64,000 nucleotides of DNA, taken from the NCBI GenBank assembly GCA_963708045.1, contig OY970181.1, positions 579,740 through 643,739 of the forward strand, given 5' to 3'. This document shows positions 25,279 to 33,784 of this stretch, piece by piece; the stretch's first letter is position 1; every line of letters begins with the position of its first letter. The notes under the pieces were generated by a model that was given only the letters and a program-made list of their open reading frames with translations, was not told the origin of the DNA and ran no database searches. The position numbers and the translations under genes were made by a program. This stretch comes from an uncultured bacterium (GTDB taxonomy: Bacteria > Patescibacteriota > Patescibacteriia > CAIQCM01).

Positions 25279-26757
25279 ATGATGAAAAAACTGACTGACA
25301 AAATGTTTTACAAATACCTGCGCTGCCCGCATTGGGTGTATTGGGATATTTACGGCAAGAAAAACGATGTTGAGGAGGTAGATGAAATTTTGGAAAAAAT
25401 TCACGAGCATACGGTTTTTAACAAAGAAGAATATCTTGGGGCTTTTGGCAAAGTTGAAATTATTCCCGCGGGCGGCGACGAGGACGAACGCTTTGTTAAA
25501 ACGCTAGAACTTATGAAAGCGGGGAGCGCGGCAATTTTGGGCGGTCGTTTGGTTGATGGAAATTGGATCGGCACGCCCGATCTTTTGGTAAAGACGCCGC
25601 CACCCCAGGGAGCCGTTTCGCGTTTTGGCGACTGGCTTTATGAACCGTATGTCATTAAAAGCGCGATCGTTGCCGAAGAAAAAGACATTAAAGACGAATA
25701 TCGTTTTGAACTGGCTTTTTACGCGCTTATTTTGGAAAAACTCCAGGGTTTTCGTCCGGAAAACGGTTGGCTCGTCGCCGCCGACAAAAAAATTCATCGC
25801 GTCAAAATAAATAATGTTTTAGAAAATTTTCATTTAACCCTTCGCGAGATTGAAAATATTTTAAACGGTCGCAAGCCAGCCCCGTTTCTTTCTTCTTCGT
25901 GTAAAGAATCGCCGTGGTTTTCTAATTGCGTTCGCGAAGCCGAAACCGACGATGACATTTGTTTGATTTATAAAATCCGCCGAACTGATCACGCCAAACT
26001 TTATGAGGCAGGCATAAAAACCGTGAGCGAGCTGGCAGCAACCGATCTTCAAACGCTGGAAAACGCCGTCCCCGATATGAGCCGACGTAAATTGGAAATG
26101 CTTCGGCGTCAAGCAATTGCACTTCACGAACGAAAGATTATCACCATTCAAAACCCGATTTTTCCGTCGGCAATGCCGGAATATTATTTTGACATAGAAG
26201 GCGATCCGCTTCGGAACCTGCATTATCTTTTTGGTTTGCTGTGTGTAAAAAGCCCGCGTGCCAAAGGCGTTTACGATTATGTTTTAGCCGAAAAACCAGA
26301 GGACGAAAAAACCGCTTGGCTTGGTTTTTTGGAAATGGTCAAAAAAATTCCAACTGGCGCCTCAATCTATCATTATGGAACTTACGAAAAAACGGTCGTG
26401 GCGCTTTTTTCGGAAAAATACGGCGGCGAAAGACGGACACTGGAAAAGCTGGAGAAGTGTTTGGTTAATTTACTGCCGACCGTTTGCGAGTCGGTGGCGC
26501 TTCCGGTTTATTTTTATTCGCTTAAGGATATTGCCAAGGAATTTGGATTCAAGTGGCGGCATAAGTCGGCGAGCGGCGTTAATTCTATTATTTGGTACGA
26601 AGATTTCTTGCGCCTTAAGGCGAGCGGAAAAAAGCGCGATCTTGTTAAAGCAAAAAAAATCCTTGCCGACATTGTCGCTTACAACGAAGACGACGTTAGG
26701 GCGACGCTTTTTCTTAAACGACAACTCGGTAAATTGCCCGAACCGGAAGCAGTATGA
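25279..26757 (+). CDS. RecB-family nuclease, TM0106-type (N-terminal PD-(D/E)xK nuclease plus C-terminal RNase H-like exonuclease fold)
   Basis: YKYLRCPHWVYWD is a Cas4/RecB-like N-terminal Cys motif. DLLVK...YEPYVIKSA is a D..E.K nuclease motif. The C-terminal YFDIEGDP...IYHYGTYE resembles the RNase H-like DEDD region of the TM0106 family. The gene is adjacent to RDD and overlaps the next gene start (ATGA). Confidence 0.6.
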   Translation: MMKKLTDKMFYKYLRCPHWVYWDIYGKKNDVEEVDEILEKIHEHTVFNKEEYLGAFGKVEIIPAGGDEDERFVKTLELMKAGSAAILGGRLVDGNWIGTPDLLVKTPPPQGAVSRFGDWLYEPYVIKSAIVAEEKDIKDEYRFELAFYALILEKLQGFRPENGWLVAADKKIHRVKINNVLENFHLTLREIENILNGRKPAPFLSSSCKESPWFSNCVREAETDDDICLIYKIRRTDHAKLYEAGIKTVSELAATDLQTLENAVPDMSRRKLEMLRRQAIALHERKIITIQNPIFPSAMPEYYFDIEGDPLRNLHYLFGLLCVKSPRAKGVYDYVLAEKPEDEKTAWLGFLEMVKKIPTGASIYHYGTYEKTVVALFSEKYGGERRTLEKLEKCLVNLLPTVCESVALPVYFYSLKDIAKEFGFKWRHKSASGVNSIIWYEDFLRLKASGKKRDLVKAKKILADIVAYNEDDVRATLFLKRQLGKLPEPEAV

Positions 26758-27599
26758 AAGAAATAATTATTACTCTTTTTACCTCACTCATAATTTGCGG
26801 CGCCATTGTTTGGGAAGCTAGACTGCTTGATACGCAAGCCAGTGTTGTTATTGCCGAAACCTTGTCCGCCCCGCCGCCAATTTTTATAAAGTATCCGAGT
26901 AAAACCGATGTGTCATCCGCCTTGGTTGAAAAAGCTTTAAAACCGGCTAAAAAAATTATTAAGCCTGTCTTCATAAACACAAACGTGCCAGACGTGACCG
27001 CGCCGGACACTGCAAAAACACCGTCACAAACAAGTGTTAATCTTGCGGTGCCGTTTGTTTCCCAAGCCCCGTTTAAGGTTTGGGACGCGATTCATGAGGA
27101 GACCTGCGAAGAGGCGGATATGATTATGGTTGATAAATATTTTAAAAAAGAAAAAACTATCAATCTCGCTGAGGCCGACCAGCTAATGAATAAAATAATT
27201 GAATGGGAAAAGGTCAACTTAGGCCGCTATGAAGACACGAACGCCGATGAAATCGCGCGAACGCTCCGCGAATTTTTTGGCTACAAGAATGTTCGCTTGG
27301 TTTACGACCCGACCGTCGCCGATCTTAAAGAAATTCTCGCTAAAGGCTTTCCGATTTTAGTTCCGGCCGACGGCAAGCAATTATTAAATCCAAATTTTAA
27401 ACACGGCGGTCCGCCGTATCACGTCGTCGTGCTTCACGGCTACGACGCCAAGGGTAACTGGATAACCAACGATCCTGGCACGCGTCTTGGCAATGGCTTT
27501 CTTTATCCGGAAAAAAATTTAATGACAGCAATGCACGACTATGTCCCCGGCGACACAGCGCACGGGCAAAAAGTGGTGGTTGTTGTTGAACCGAATTAG
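26754..27599 (+). CDS. C39-like peptidase family protein (Peptidase_C39_2-type), membrane-anchored
   Basis: N-terminal TM helix. VPFVSQAPFKVWDAIHEETCEEADMIM carries the putative catalytic Cys. HVVVLHGYDAKGNWITNDPG carries the His. Overlaps the upstream gene by 4 nt. Confidence 0.6.
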   Translation: MKEIIITLFTSLIICGAIVWEARLLDTQASVVIAETLSAPPPIFIKYPSKTDVSSALVEKALKPAKKIIKPVFINTNVPDVTAPDTAKTPSQTSVNLAVPFVSQAPFKVWDAIHEETCEEADMIMVDKYFKKEKTINLAEADQLMNKIIEWEKVNLGRYEDTNADEIARTLREFFGYKNVRLVYDPTVADLKEILAKGFPILVPADGKQLLNPNFKHGGPPYHVVVLHGYDAKGNWITNDPGTRLGNGFLYPEKNLMTAMHDYVPGDTAHGQKVVVVVEPN

Positions 27600-27709
27600 A
27601 TAATTATTTTCTTAATAATTAAGTCAAAGGACAGCGATTGACGCGCTGGCTTTTTTGTTATAGGGTTTTACTTCGGACAAAATGGAAACAAACAGATCGG
27701 AGGGATCAA

Positions 27710-28705
27710 ATGCTCGTTAATACTCCAACACGCCTTGGTTCGTTTGATATCGCTGTGGCACCCGTTCCAGCCTCGCCGCTCCAAATCGTCACGCTTGGCG
27801 CGGTCTTATTAAGAGGTCGGGAAAAGCTTGAAGCGCCAACCGGCGCCGTTCTGTATCCGTGTGGCTTGGGACCGAAAAGGAAGAAAAGAGGTATGGCAGT
27901 TTGCAAGAACGCCTTCTTGTTTTTGCGCGGTCGCGAGGGTGTTACGGCTTATTACGGCGGCGAGGGGAGGGGAAAACTTTACAAAACGGCCGAGCTCGCG
28001 AGGAAGTTTGTCAAAGATGCCGAAACATGCGACGATCCGCGCGAAAAAAAGCGCCTCTCGGCACTTGCCAAAATTTTCGCGGGACGCCTTTACCAAACCG
28101 GCCGTATGGTTTCGCGTCTGGAACTTTGGCAGATTGCTTTGCGCTTGGAGTTTGATGAAAACAAGCGCTGTCTCGTTGCTCTAGAACACTTGCTCACGAG
28201 GGTTGCAACTGGTGTAACGACAAGCTATGCCAGAATCCGGAATCTTTCCGAAGCAATTCGTTTGGCTCCCTTTGTGTGCATCCACGACGGAATCAACATA
28301 CTGCTCGTAGAAGCCGTTAGCAAAACAATACCAAACGGCGCTTTGAATCTCGCAAGAGAACTGATTCAAGAAATTCATTCATACCGGCGTCAGATCGCCT
28401 TTGAGGAAATCATCATCGGACTTAAGGAACCAGAGCGAATGATGTTTGACAAACGCCGTCAATTTATTTTCGGCGATGCTGAAAGGGGCTGGTTGCGTTG
28501 GGTCTTAAGCCAAGCTTTGGAAAAGATGGATGCCTTCCTTGTAATTCCGGACGCGAGGACGGAGGCTTTGGAGGAAAGGTATTTGGCTATGCGTGGTAAC
28601 ATTGAGCGCGCGGGCGGGTTGGTGACAAAAGGTGATTGGGTAGGCGCGCGCGAACTGGTTCAGAAAACCCGTGAAGAGATGAAGCTCGTTAGCGAATCCG
28701 TCTAG
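27710..28705 (+). CDS. Hypothetical protein (no recognisable domain)
   Basis: Long ORF with an SD-like ggaggg 5 nt upstream of ATG 27710. The ORF track begins at 27638. Codon usage and GC are somewhat atypical versus neighbours. A strong terminator follows it. Confidence 0.5.
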   Translation: MLVNTPTRLGSFDIAVAPVPASPLQIVTLGAVLLRGREKLEAPTGAVLYPCGLGPKRKKRGMAVCKNAFLFLRGREGVTAYYGGEGRGKLYKTAELARKFVKDAETCDDPREKKRLSALAKIFAGRLYQTGRMVSRLELWQIALRLEFDENKRCLVALEHLLTRVATGVTTSYARIRNLSEAIRLAPFVCIHDGINILLVEAVSKTIPNGALNLARELIQEIHSYRRQIAFEEIIIGLKEPERMMFDKRRQFIFGDAERGWLRWVLSQALEKMDAFLVIPDARTEALEERYLAMRGNIERAGGLVTKGDWVGARELVQKTREEMKLVSESV

Positions 28706-28722
28706 ACGCACATCGGATTTTT

Positions 28723-28768
28723 GCTCCGGCGATTGTTCTTCTAAAAGAACTTTAGCCGGAGCTTTTTT
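28723..28768 (+). terminator. Rho-independent terminator
   Basis: gctccggc ... gccggagc followed by tttttt. Confidence 0.65.
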
Positions 28769-28882
28769 ATTTCGCATTAGGGGGTTGAAACAAACAGTGC
28801 AATGTGATAAACAGACCTACCGCCTTACAGTAGTTGTATTGCGGCGTTTGTTTGAAAATTTATATCACCAAGGAGGTGAATT

Positions 28883-30238
28883 ATGTGCGGAATCGTTGGT
28901 TTTTATAACGTAAGTAATGCCGCTGGCAGAGCCATTCTCGCCTTACAAGCACTTCAGCATCGCGGCGATGCTGGCGCTGGCGTCGTCACCACCGACGGGA
29001 AAAGCATTTTTGACGTTCGCGAGCTTGGTACAGTTCAATTGGTTTTTTCCGAAATAGATATCGGTAAGCGTCTTCCAGGAAGGTCGGCGCTTGGCCACAA
29101 TCGTTATCCGACTTCTGGCGCAGCGCAAAATAAAAGATGTCTTCAGCCACTTATTGACGATTCGGCGACTTTGCCGATGGTCATCGCTCATAACGGCAAC
29201 ATTCCTGACGCCGCCGATTTGCGAATGGAATTGGAAAAAGATGGCGCGGTCTTTGATTCACCTTCGGACACGGCTTTGTTTCTTCATTTGGCCAAACGCG
29301 CACAAAGCGATGATATGATCACGCGCCTAAAGTATTGTTTTGAAAAGGTGCAAGGCGCGTACTCGCTTTTGGTGATGACGCCGAATGGTATGTATGCCGC
29401 GGTAGATCCGAACGGTATTCATCCACTCCTTATGGCACCGTTTGAAGACGGTATGATGCTGGCTTCTGAAACGGTTGCCTTTGATCTGTTTCAGATTGAT
29501 CCGCGAGTAATTAGAGTAGTTGAACCGGGTACGATCGTTGATGTTGGAAATGGTGTAACGCATAAGTTCGCGGAAGCAATTCATCGTCATTGTCCGTTTG
29601 AGTTTGGATATTTTATGCGTCCCGACAGCGATTGGGGGATGAGCGTGAGTGCCGTTCGCGAAAGAATGGGCATCCTTCTTGCAAAAAGTTATCCAGCAAA
29701 TGCCGACGTTGTTATTTCTGTGCCCGACTCGTCAAACACGCAAGCCTCGGCGTATGCAAGAGAAATGGGAATACCTTTTGGTCATGGCTTGGTGCGTAGT
29801 CACTATTTTGCACGAACTTTTACCGCTGGCGAAGAGGGGCGGATCATAAAAGTCAGATTGAAATACAATCCCGACAGAAGCGTGGTTTGTGGGAAGAGGG
29901 TTGTGATCGTAGATGACTCCATTGTACGGGGGCATACGATGAAAAGGGTTGTCGCCCTTGTGCGGGGAGCTGGCGCGACCGAAGTCCACGTTCGGAGCGC
30001 GATGCCGCCGATTGTTCATCCTTGTTGGCTTGGAATGGATATGCAAACGTTTGAAGAATTGGTGGCGGTCGGAAAATCGGTTGAGCAAATTCGGCAAGAG
30101 ATTGACGCTGATTCGCTTGGGTATCTTTCGGTTGGCGATCTCGGGAAAGCGCTTAATGATGAAGGTTTGGTAAGACACTGCCAAATGTGTTTCACGGGCT
30201 TGAGTCCGTATGCAAACATAAGGAGGGTGAAGAAGTAA
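28883..30238 (+). CDS. purF: Amidophosphoribosyltransferase (glutamine PRPP amidotransferase)
   Basis: MCGIVG is the N-terminal class-II GATase nucleophile. HNRYPTSG, IAHNGN and GAYSLLVM are also present. The PRTase motif is VVIVDDSIVRGHTMKRVV...GATEVHVRSAMPP. The C-terminal Cys residues match the PurF 4Fe-4S type. A canonical SD aaggaggtg lies 6 nt upstream. Confidence 0.85.
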   Translation: MCGIVGFYNVSNAAGRAILALQALQHRGDAGAGVVTTDGKSIFDVRELGTVQLVFSEIDIGKRLPGRSALGHNRYPTSGAAQNKRCLQPLIDDSATLPMVIAHNGNIPDAADLRMELEKDGAVFDSPSDTALFLHLAKRAQSDDMITRLKYCFEKVQGAYSLLVMTPNGMYAAVDPNGIHPLLMAPFEDGMMLASETVAFDLFQIDPRVIRVVEPGTIVDVGNGVTHKFAEAIHRHCPFEFGYFMRPDSDWGMSVSAVRERMGILLAKSYPANADVVISVPDSSNTQASAYAREMGIPFGHGLVRSHYFARTFTAGEEGRIIKVRLKYNPDRSVVCGKRVVIVDDSIVRGHTMKRVVALVRGAGATEVHVRSAMPPIVHPCWLGMDMQTFEELVAVGKSVEQIRQEIDADSLGYLSVGDLGKALNDEGLVRHCQMCFTGLSPYANIRRVKK

Positions 30239-30245
30239 TTCTCGC

Positions 30246-30285
30246 GCCGGCTGATTGTCTAAGGACAATCAGCCGGTTTTTCGTA
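30246..30285 (+). terminator. Rho-independent terminator
   Basis: ccggctgattgtc-taag-gacaatcagccgg followed by ttttt. Confidence 0.7.
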
Positions 30286-30330
30286 TTAAGGGGTTGTTTA
30301 TAAACGGCTAAAACGGTAATCTGTCTTAAC

Positions 30331-32427
30331 ATGCCAAAAGATTTTATTTTACCTTCAAACGAGTCGCTCGCGCCGATTGATTTTTCGGCCGCGCTTAATG
30401 CGGAACAGCTCGCGGTTGTTAAAGGCGCCGACGGCGCGAGTTTGGTTATTTCTGGCGCTGGATCGGGCAAAACGCGGACAATTATTTATCGGGTGGCATA
30501 TTTGCTGAGCCTTGGCGTGCCGGCCGAAGAAATTTTACTGCTAACTTTTACGAACAAAGCGGCGCGGGAAATGCTTTCGCGCGTTCAAGAATTGCTGGGC
30601 GGCGTCTCGGGCAAACTCACGGGCGGCACTTTCCACCACGTCTGCAATTTGTTGCTTCGCCGCTATGCGCCGCTTATTGGTTTTAAAAATAATTTTTCTA
30701 TTTTAGATCAAGAAGATTCGCGCGACCTGCTTAATGCTTGTATTAAAGACGAGGGGATAGACACTAAGCAAAAGCGTTTTCCCTCGGCTGGCGTTCTCCA
30801 GTCTTTTTGGAGTTTTTGCCGGAACGCGCGGCTGCCGTTTTCGGAAGTTGTTGAATTAAAAGCGCCGCGACTTCAAGCTGAAGTTTCTAAAATGGAAGCG
30901 GTTATTAGTGCTTACGAAAAGCGCAAGCAAGACGCGAACGCGATGGATTTTGACGATTTGCTTTGCCGCGCGACCGATCTTCTGCGCCAGAATCCGTCGG
31001 TGCGCGAGCACGTCGCAGGTGGTTATCGCTATGTGCTTGTAGACGAATATCAAGACACCAACCGCGTGCAAGCCGAATTTTTATCGCTCATCTCTTCGGT
31101 TCACAATAATTTGTTAGTCGTTGGCGATGACGCGCAGTCAATTTATTCGTTTCGCGCCGCGGACATAAAAAATATTTTATCCTTCCCCGAACGCTATCCG
31201 GACGCGAAGGTTTTTAAATTGGAAACCAATTATCGTTCCGTACCGCCGATTTTAGATTTTGCGAACGAATCAATAAAAAATAACGCCAAGCAATTCGCAA
31301 AAGTTTTACGGCCAGCCAACTTGCAACCTGAAACCTGCAACCTGCAACCAAATATAATAACCGCGGCGAGCGCCGAAGAAGAAGCGGAGTTTATCTGCGG
31401 AATGATTGAAAAAATGGTTAAAGAAGGAACGCCGCTAAGCGAAATCAGCGTTCTATTTCGCGCCACCTTTCATTCACAGGCGCTGGAATTTGCCTTAACA
31501 AAACGCGGTCTGGCCTATGATTATCGCGGTGGCATTCGTTTTTTTGAACGCGCTCACATTAAGGATGTAATTTCTTTTTTACGAATTCGTGAAAATCTTG
31601 ATGACGAAATTGCTTGGCTTCGTGTTTTGCGTTTGCAAACCGGCATTGGCACCGAAACAGCCTCAAAAATTTTTTCCGCCTGCCGCGGTTTTGAAAAATT
31701 TGAAGAAGCGCTCGCGGCCGGCGCCGCGGGAATGGGGGATCGCGCTAAGGGCGGTTGGAATGATTTTGCCAATTCGGCGACTTCAATGATCGCTGCTGGC
31801 GGAAGCCCGTCCGACGCAATTAGGGCGATTATCAAATCGGCCTATGGCGATTATTTGGATAACGAATTTCCCAACGCCGATGAGCGGCGCGAAGATCTTG
31901 AACAGTTGGCCGTGTTCGCGGAAAAGTACGCCTCGGTTGGCGCTTTTCTTTCCGACAGTGCTCTTACTGAAGGATTTAATATTGATGCTAGTGCTAGTAC
32001 AAATGAAGATCGGCTGGTTCTTTCCACGATTCATCAGGCCAAAGGTTTGGAATGGGACGCGGTTTTTGTAATGCATCTTTATAACGGCGCTTTCCCGCAC
32101 GCCCGCGCTTACGAAGAGGATGATGGGCTAGAAGAAGAACGCCGGCTGTTTTATGTAGCTGCGACGCGCGCCAGAAAAAATCTTTTTCTTTCCTATCCGC
32201 TTACGGGCGGCCGCGGCGAAGATTATTTGCACGAGATGTCACCATTTTTACGTGAACTGCCCGCAACCGTTTACGAAGAAATTGTTCTTCGCCGCGCGAG
32301 TGCCTCGGGAAGCACGGTATTTAAAGATGATTTTTTTGAAGAGGAAGAAATTGACGTTCTTGATCAGCAGTCTCCAGAGAACAAAGACAAAGATTGGAAA
32401 AAGAAGTCTTTTCTCGGTAATTATTGA
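30331..32427 (+). CDS. uvrD: ATP-dependent DNA helicase, UvrD/PcrA/Rep family (SF1)
   Basis: LNAEQLAVV...LVISGAGSGKTRTIIYRVAYLL has helicase motifs I/Ia. VLVDEYQDTN is motif II. VGDDAQSIYSFRAA is motif III. The C-terminal LVLSTIHQAKGLEWDAVFV and LFYVAATRARKNLFLSY are motifs V/VI. An internal mini-repeat is LQPETCNLQPN. Confidence 0.9.
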   Translation: MPKDFILPSNESLAPIDFSAALNAEQLAVVKGADGASLVISGAGSGKTRTIIYRVAYLLSLGVPAEEILLLTFTNKAAREMLSRVQELLGGVSGKLTGGTFHHVCNLLLRRYAPLIGFKNNFSILDQEDSRDLLNACIKDEGIDTKQKRFPSAGVLQSFWSFCRNARLPFSEVVELKAPRLQAEVSKMEAVISAYEKRKQDANAMDFDDLLCRATDLLRQNPSVREHVAGGYRYVLVDEYQDTNRVQAEFLSLISSVHNNLLVVGDDAQSIYSFRAADIKNILSFPERYPDAKVFKLETNYRSVPPILDFANESIKNNAKQFAKVLRPANLQPETCNLQPNIITAASAEEEAEFICGMIEKMVKEGTPLSEISVLFRATFHSQALEFALTKRGLAYDYRGGIRFFERAHIKDVISFLRIRENLDDEIAWLRVLRLQTGIGTETASKIFSACRGFEKFEEALAAGAAGMGDRAKGGWNDFANSATSMIAAGGSPSDAIRAIIKSAYGDYLDNEFPNADERREDLEQLAVFAEKYASVGAFLSDSALTEGFNIDASASTNEDRLVLSTIHQAKGLEWDAVFVMHLYNGAFPHARAYEEDDGLEEERRLFYVAATRARKNLFLSYPLTGGRGEDYLHEMSPFLRELPATVYEEIVLRRASASGSTVFKDDFFEEEEIDVLDQQSPENKDKDWKKKSFLGNY

Positions 32428-32501
32428 TAAAAAAACGGCTTTAACCGTACTTAATTTTGGTGTATAATATACAAGTCTTTTTAATTTATTAAAAATTCAA
32501 T

Positions 32502-33233
32502 ATGTACACGAAAAAAGGATTGTTTTTTATCGCGATTGCGGCGATCACGGCTGGGGTTGGTTTAGCGGCGGTTGTTGTTAGTGCTGAGTCGGCGTCGTCT
32601 GCAGGATCAACAGGCTCTGGGAATGGCGTCAGTGGCTCAGTTCGGATGATGCCGCCAATTGCGCCGGCGATCACCGATGCGATTGCTAACTTAAAAATTA
32701 ATCTGCCCAATCGGAACTTGAGCGGTAAAATTGCTTCTATTGATGGAGGAATAGTTACGATCAAAATTGACACCACTGATATAGCTAAAGAATTGGCGGT
32801 TGGTGATTCGGTAATGATTATAAATATGCCAAAAACCGCGAACGCCGGCGGCACGAGTGAAGGAAGTAAACCGGGCTTGGAAAATACCAACAAACCCAAG
32901 GATGGCCAAGATATTTTAAACGGCACGATAACGGTGGCGAGCGACACCTCGCTAACGGTTAAGGATAGCAAGGGAACGGAATATATTGTAGATGTAACGC
33001 AGGCAAAATTTTATAAAGTTGGCAATAAAAATGTTACGGCCGCCGATCTCAAGGTTGGTGATCGGGTAATGATCCGCGGAAACGTTAATGGAACCGCGGT
33101 TACAGCGACAATGGTGACCGATATTGGAACGCTAACTCAAAAACTACCACTGGATATTAAAACAGATGTTAAGCAGTCGGTGGTGAACCGAATTGGTAGT
33201 TTCTTTAAAAATATTTTTAATAAAAATAAATAA
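32502..33233 (+). CDS. Secreted protein with two tandem beta-rich ~70-aa repeats (DUF5666-like)
   Basis: Signal/TM FFIAIAAITAGVGLAAVVVSA. The repeats are GKIASIDGGIVTIKIDTTDIAKELAVGDSVMI and GTITVASDTSLTVKDSKGTEYIVDVTQAKFYKVG...LKVGDRVMIRG. Confidence 0.4.
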   Translation: MYTKKGLFFIAIAAITAGVGLAAVVVSAESASSAGSTGSGNGVSGSVRMMPPIAPAITDAIANLKINLPNRNLSGKIASIDGGIVTIKIDTTDIAKELAVGDSVMIINMPKTANAGGTSEGSKPGLENTNKPKDGQDILNGTITVASDTSLTVKDSKGTEYIVDVTQAKFYKVGNKNVTAADLKVGDRVMIRGNVNGTAVTATMVTDIGTLTQKLPLDIKTDVKQSVVNRIGSFFKNIFNKNK

Positions 33234-33268
33234 TTACCGGCGGATAAGTTTTTTGTGCGTTTAGCAAT

Positions 33269-33577
33269 ATGGAAAAATTTGATTTCAACGAAAATATCAT
33301 CACAAAACTCGGTCTTCAAAAGTTACCCGAAGAAAAACGGATAAAATTTTTGGAGCAAATGACAGAGATTGTTCTCCAAAGAGTGATGTTGCGGCTAATG
33401 GAAAACTTGCCCGTCGCCGAGGTTGCCAAAGCAAATGCGTTAGCCGACAAACCCGAAGAGTTAATTGCTTTTCTTTCGGGAAAAGTAGAAGATTTTTACG
33501 GTCTGCTTTCATCAGAAGTAAATGCCGTTAAAAATGAGTTTGTCTTAAATACAGCGCTTCCGGAAAACGAAAAATAA
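33269..33577 (+). CDS. Hypothetical small helical protein
   Basis: 102-aa ORF with no recognisable motif. It is the first gene of a tightly spaced plus-strand block. Confidence 0.4.
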   Translation: MEKFDFNENIITKLGLQKLPEEKRIKFLEQMTEIVLQRVMLRLMENLPVAEVAKANALADKPEELIAFLSGKVEDFYGLLSSEVNAVKNEFVLNTALPENEK

Positions 33578-33582
33578 TTTTT

Positions 33583-33774
33583 ATGACCGACGCTCAAAAA
33601 ATAGAGCGGATTAAGGAACTAACGTCGGAACTCAAAAAAATCCATAGCAATTATATGGATAAGTTTTCCAAATTGCATAAAATGCAATTAGCGCTCTTAA
33701 AACAAGTACGAACGCGCGTTGAAACGCTTAAAATTAGCGAACTAAGGGGAGTAATCAATAAGAAAAGCAAATAA
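33583..33774 (+). CDS. Hypothetical small coiled-coil protein
   Basis: 63 aa, Lys/Glu-rich helical (IERIKELTSELKKIHSNYMDKFSKLHKMQLALLKQVRTRVETLK). It lies 6 nt after the previous gene. Confidence 0.35.
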   Translation: MTDAQKIERIKELTSELKKIHSNYMDKFSKLHKMQLALLKQVRTRVETLKISELRGVINKKSK

Positions 33775-33784
33775 TATATTTTCT

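Noticed and set aside
28780-28882. Purine or ZTP riboswitch upstream of purF
   Set aside because: The ~100-nt leader shows none of the conserved purine-riboswitch (UAUA...GGGA...CCGUAAAU) or ZTP (GGGUCGUGAC...CCGGGGAGC) elements. It does not contain them by eye.
29732-30268. 178-aa minus-strand ORF antisense to purF
   Set aside because: purF on the plus strand has unmistakable motifs across the same interval. The antisense ORF has no recognisable features.
32489-32971. 160-aa minus-strand ORF antisense to the 32502 secreted protein
   Set aside because: The plus-strand ORF has a signal peptide and tandem repeats. The antisense ORF is hydrophobic low-complexity.
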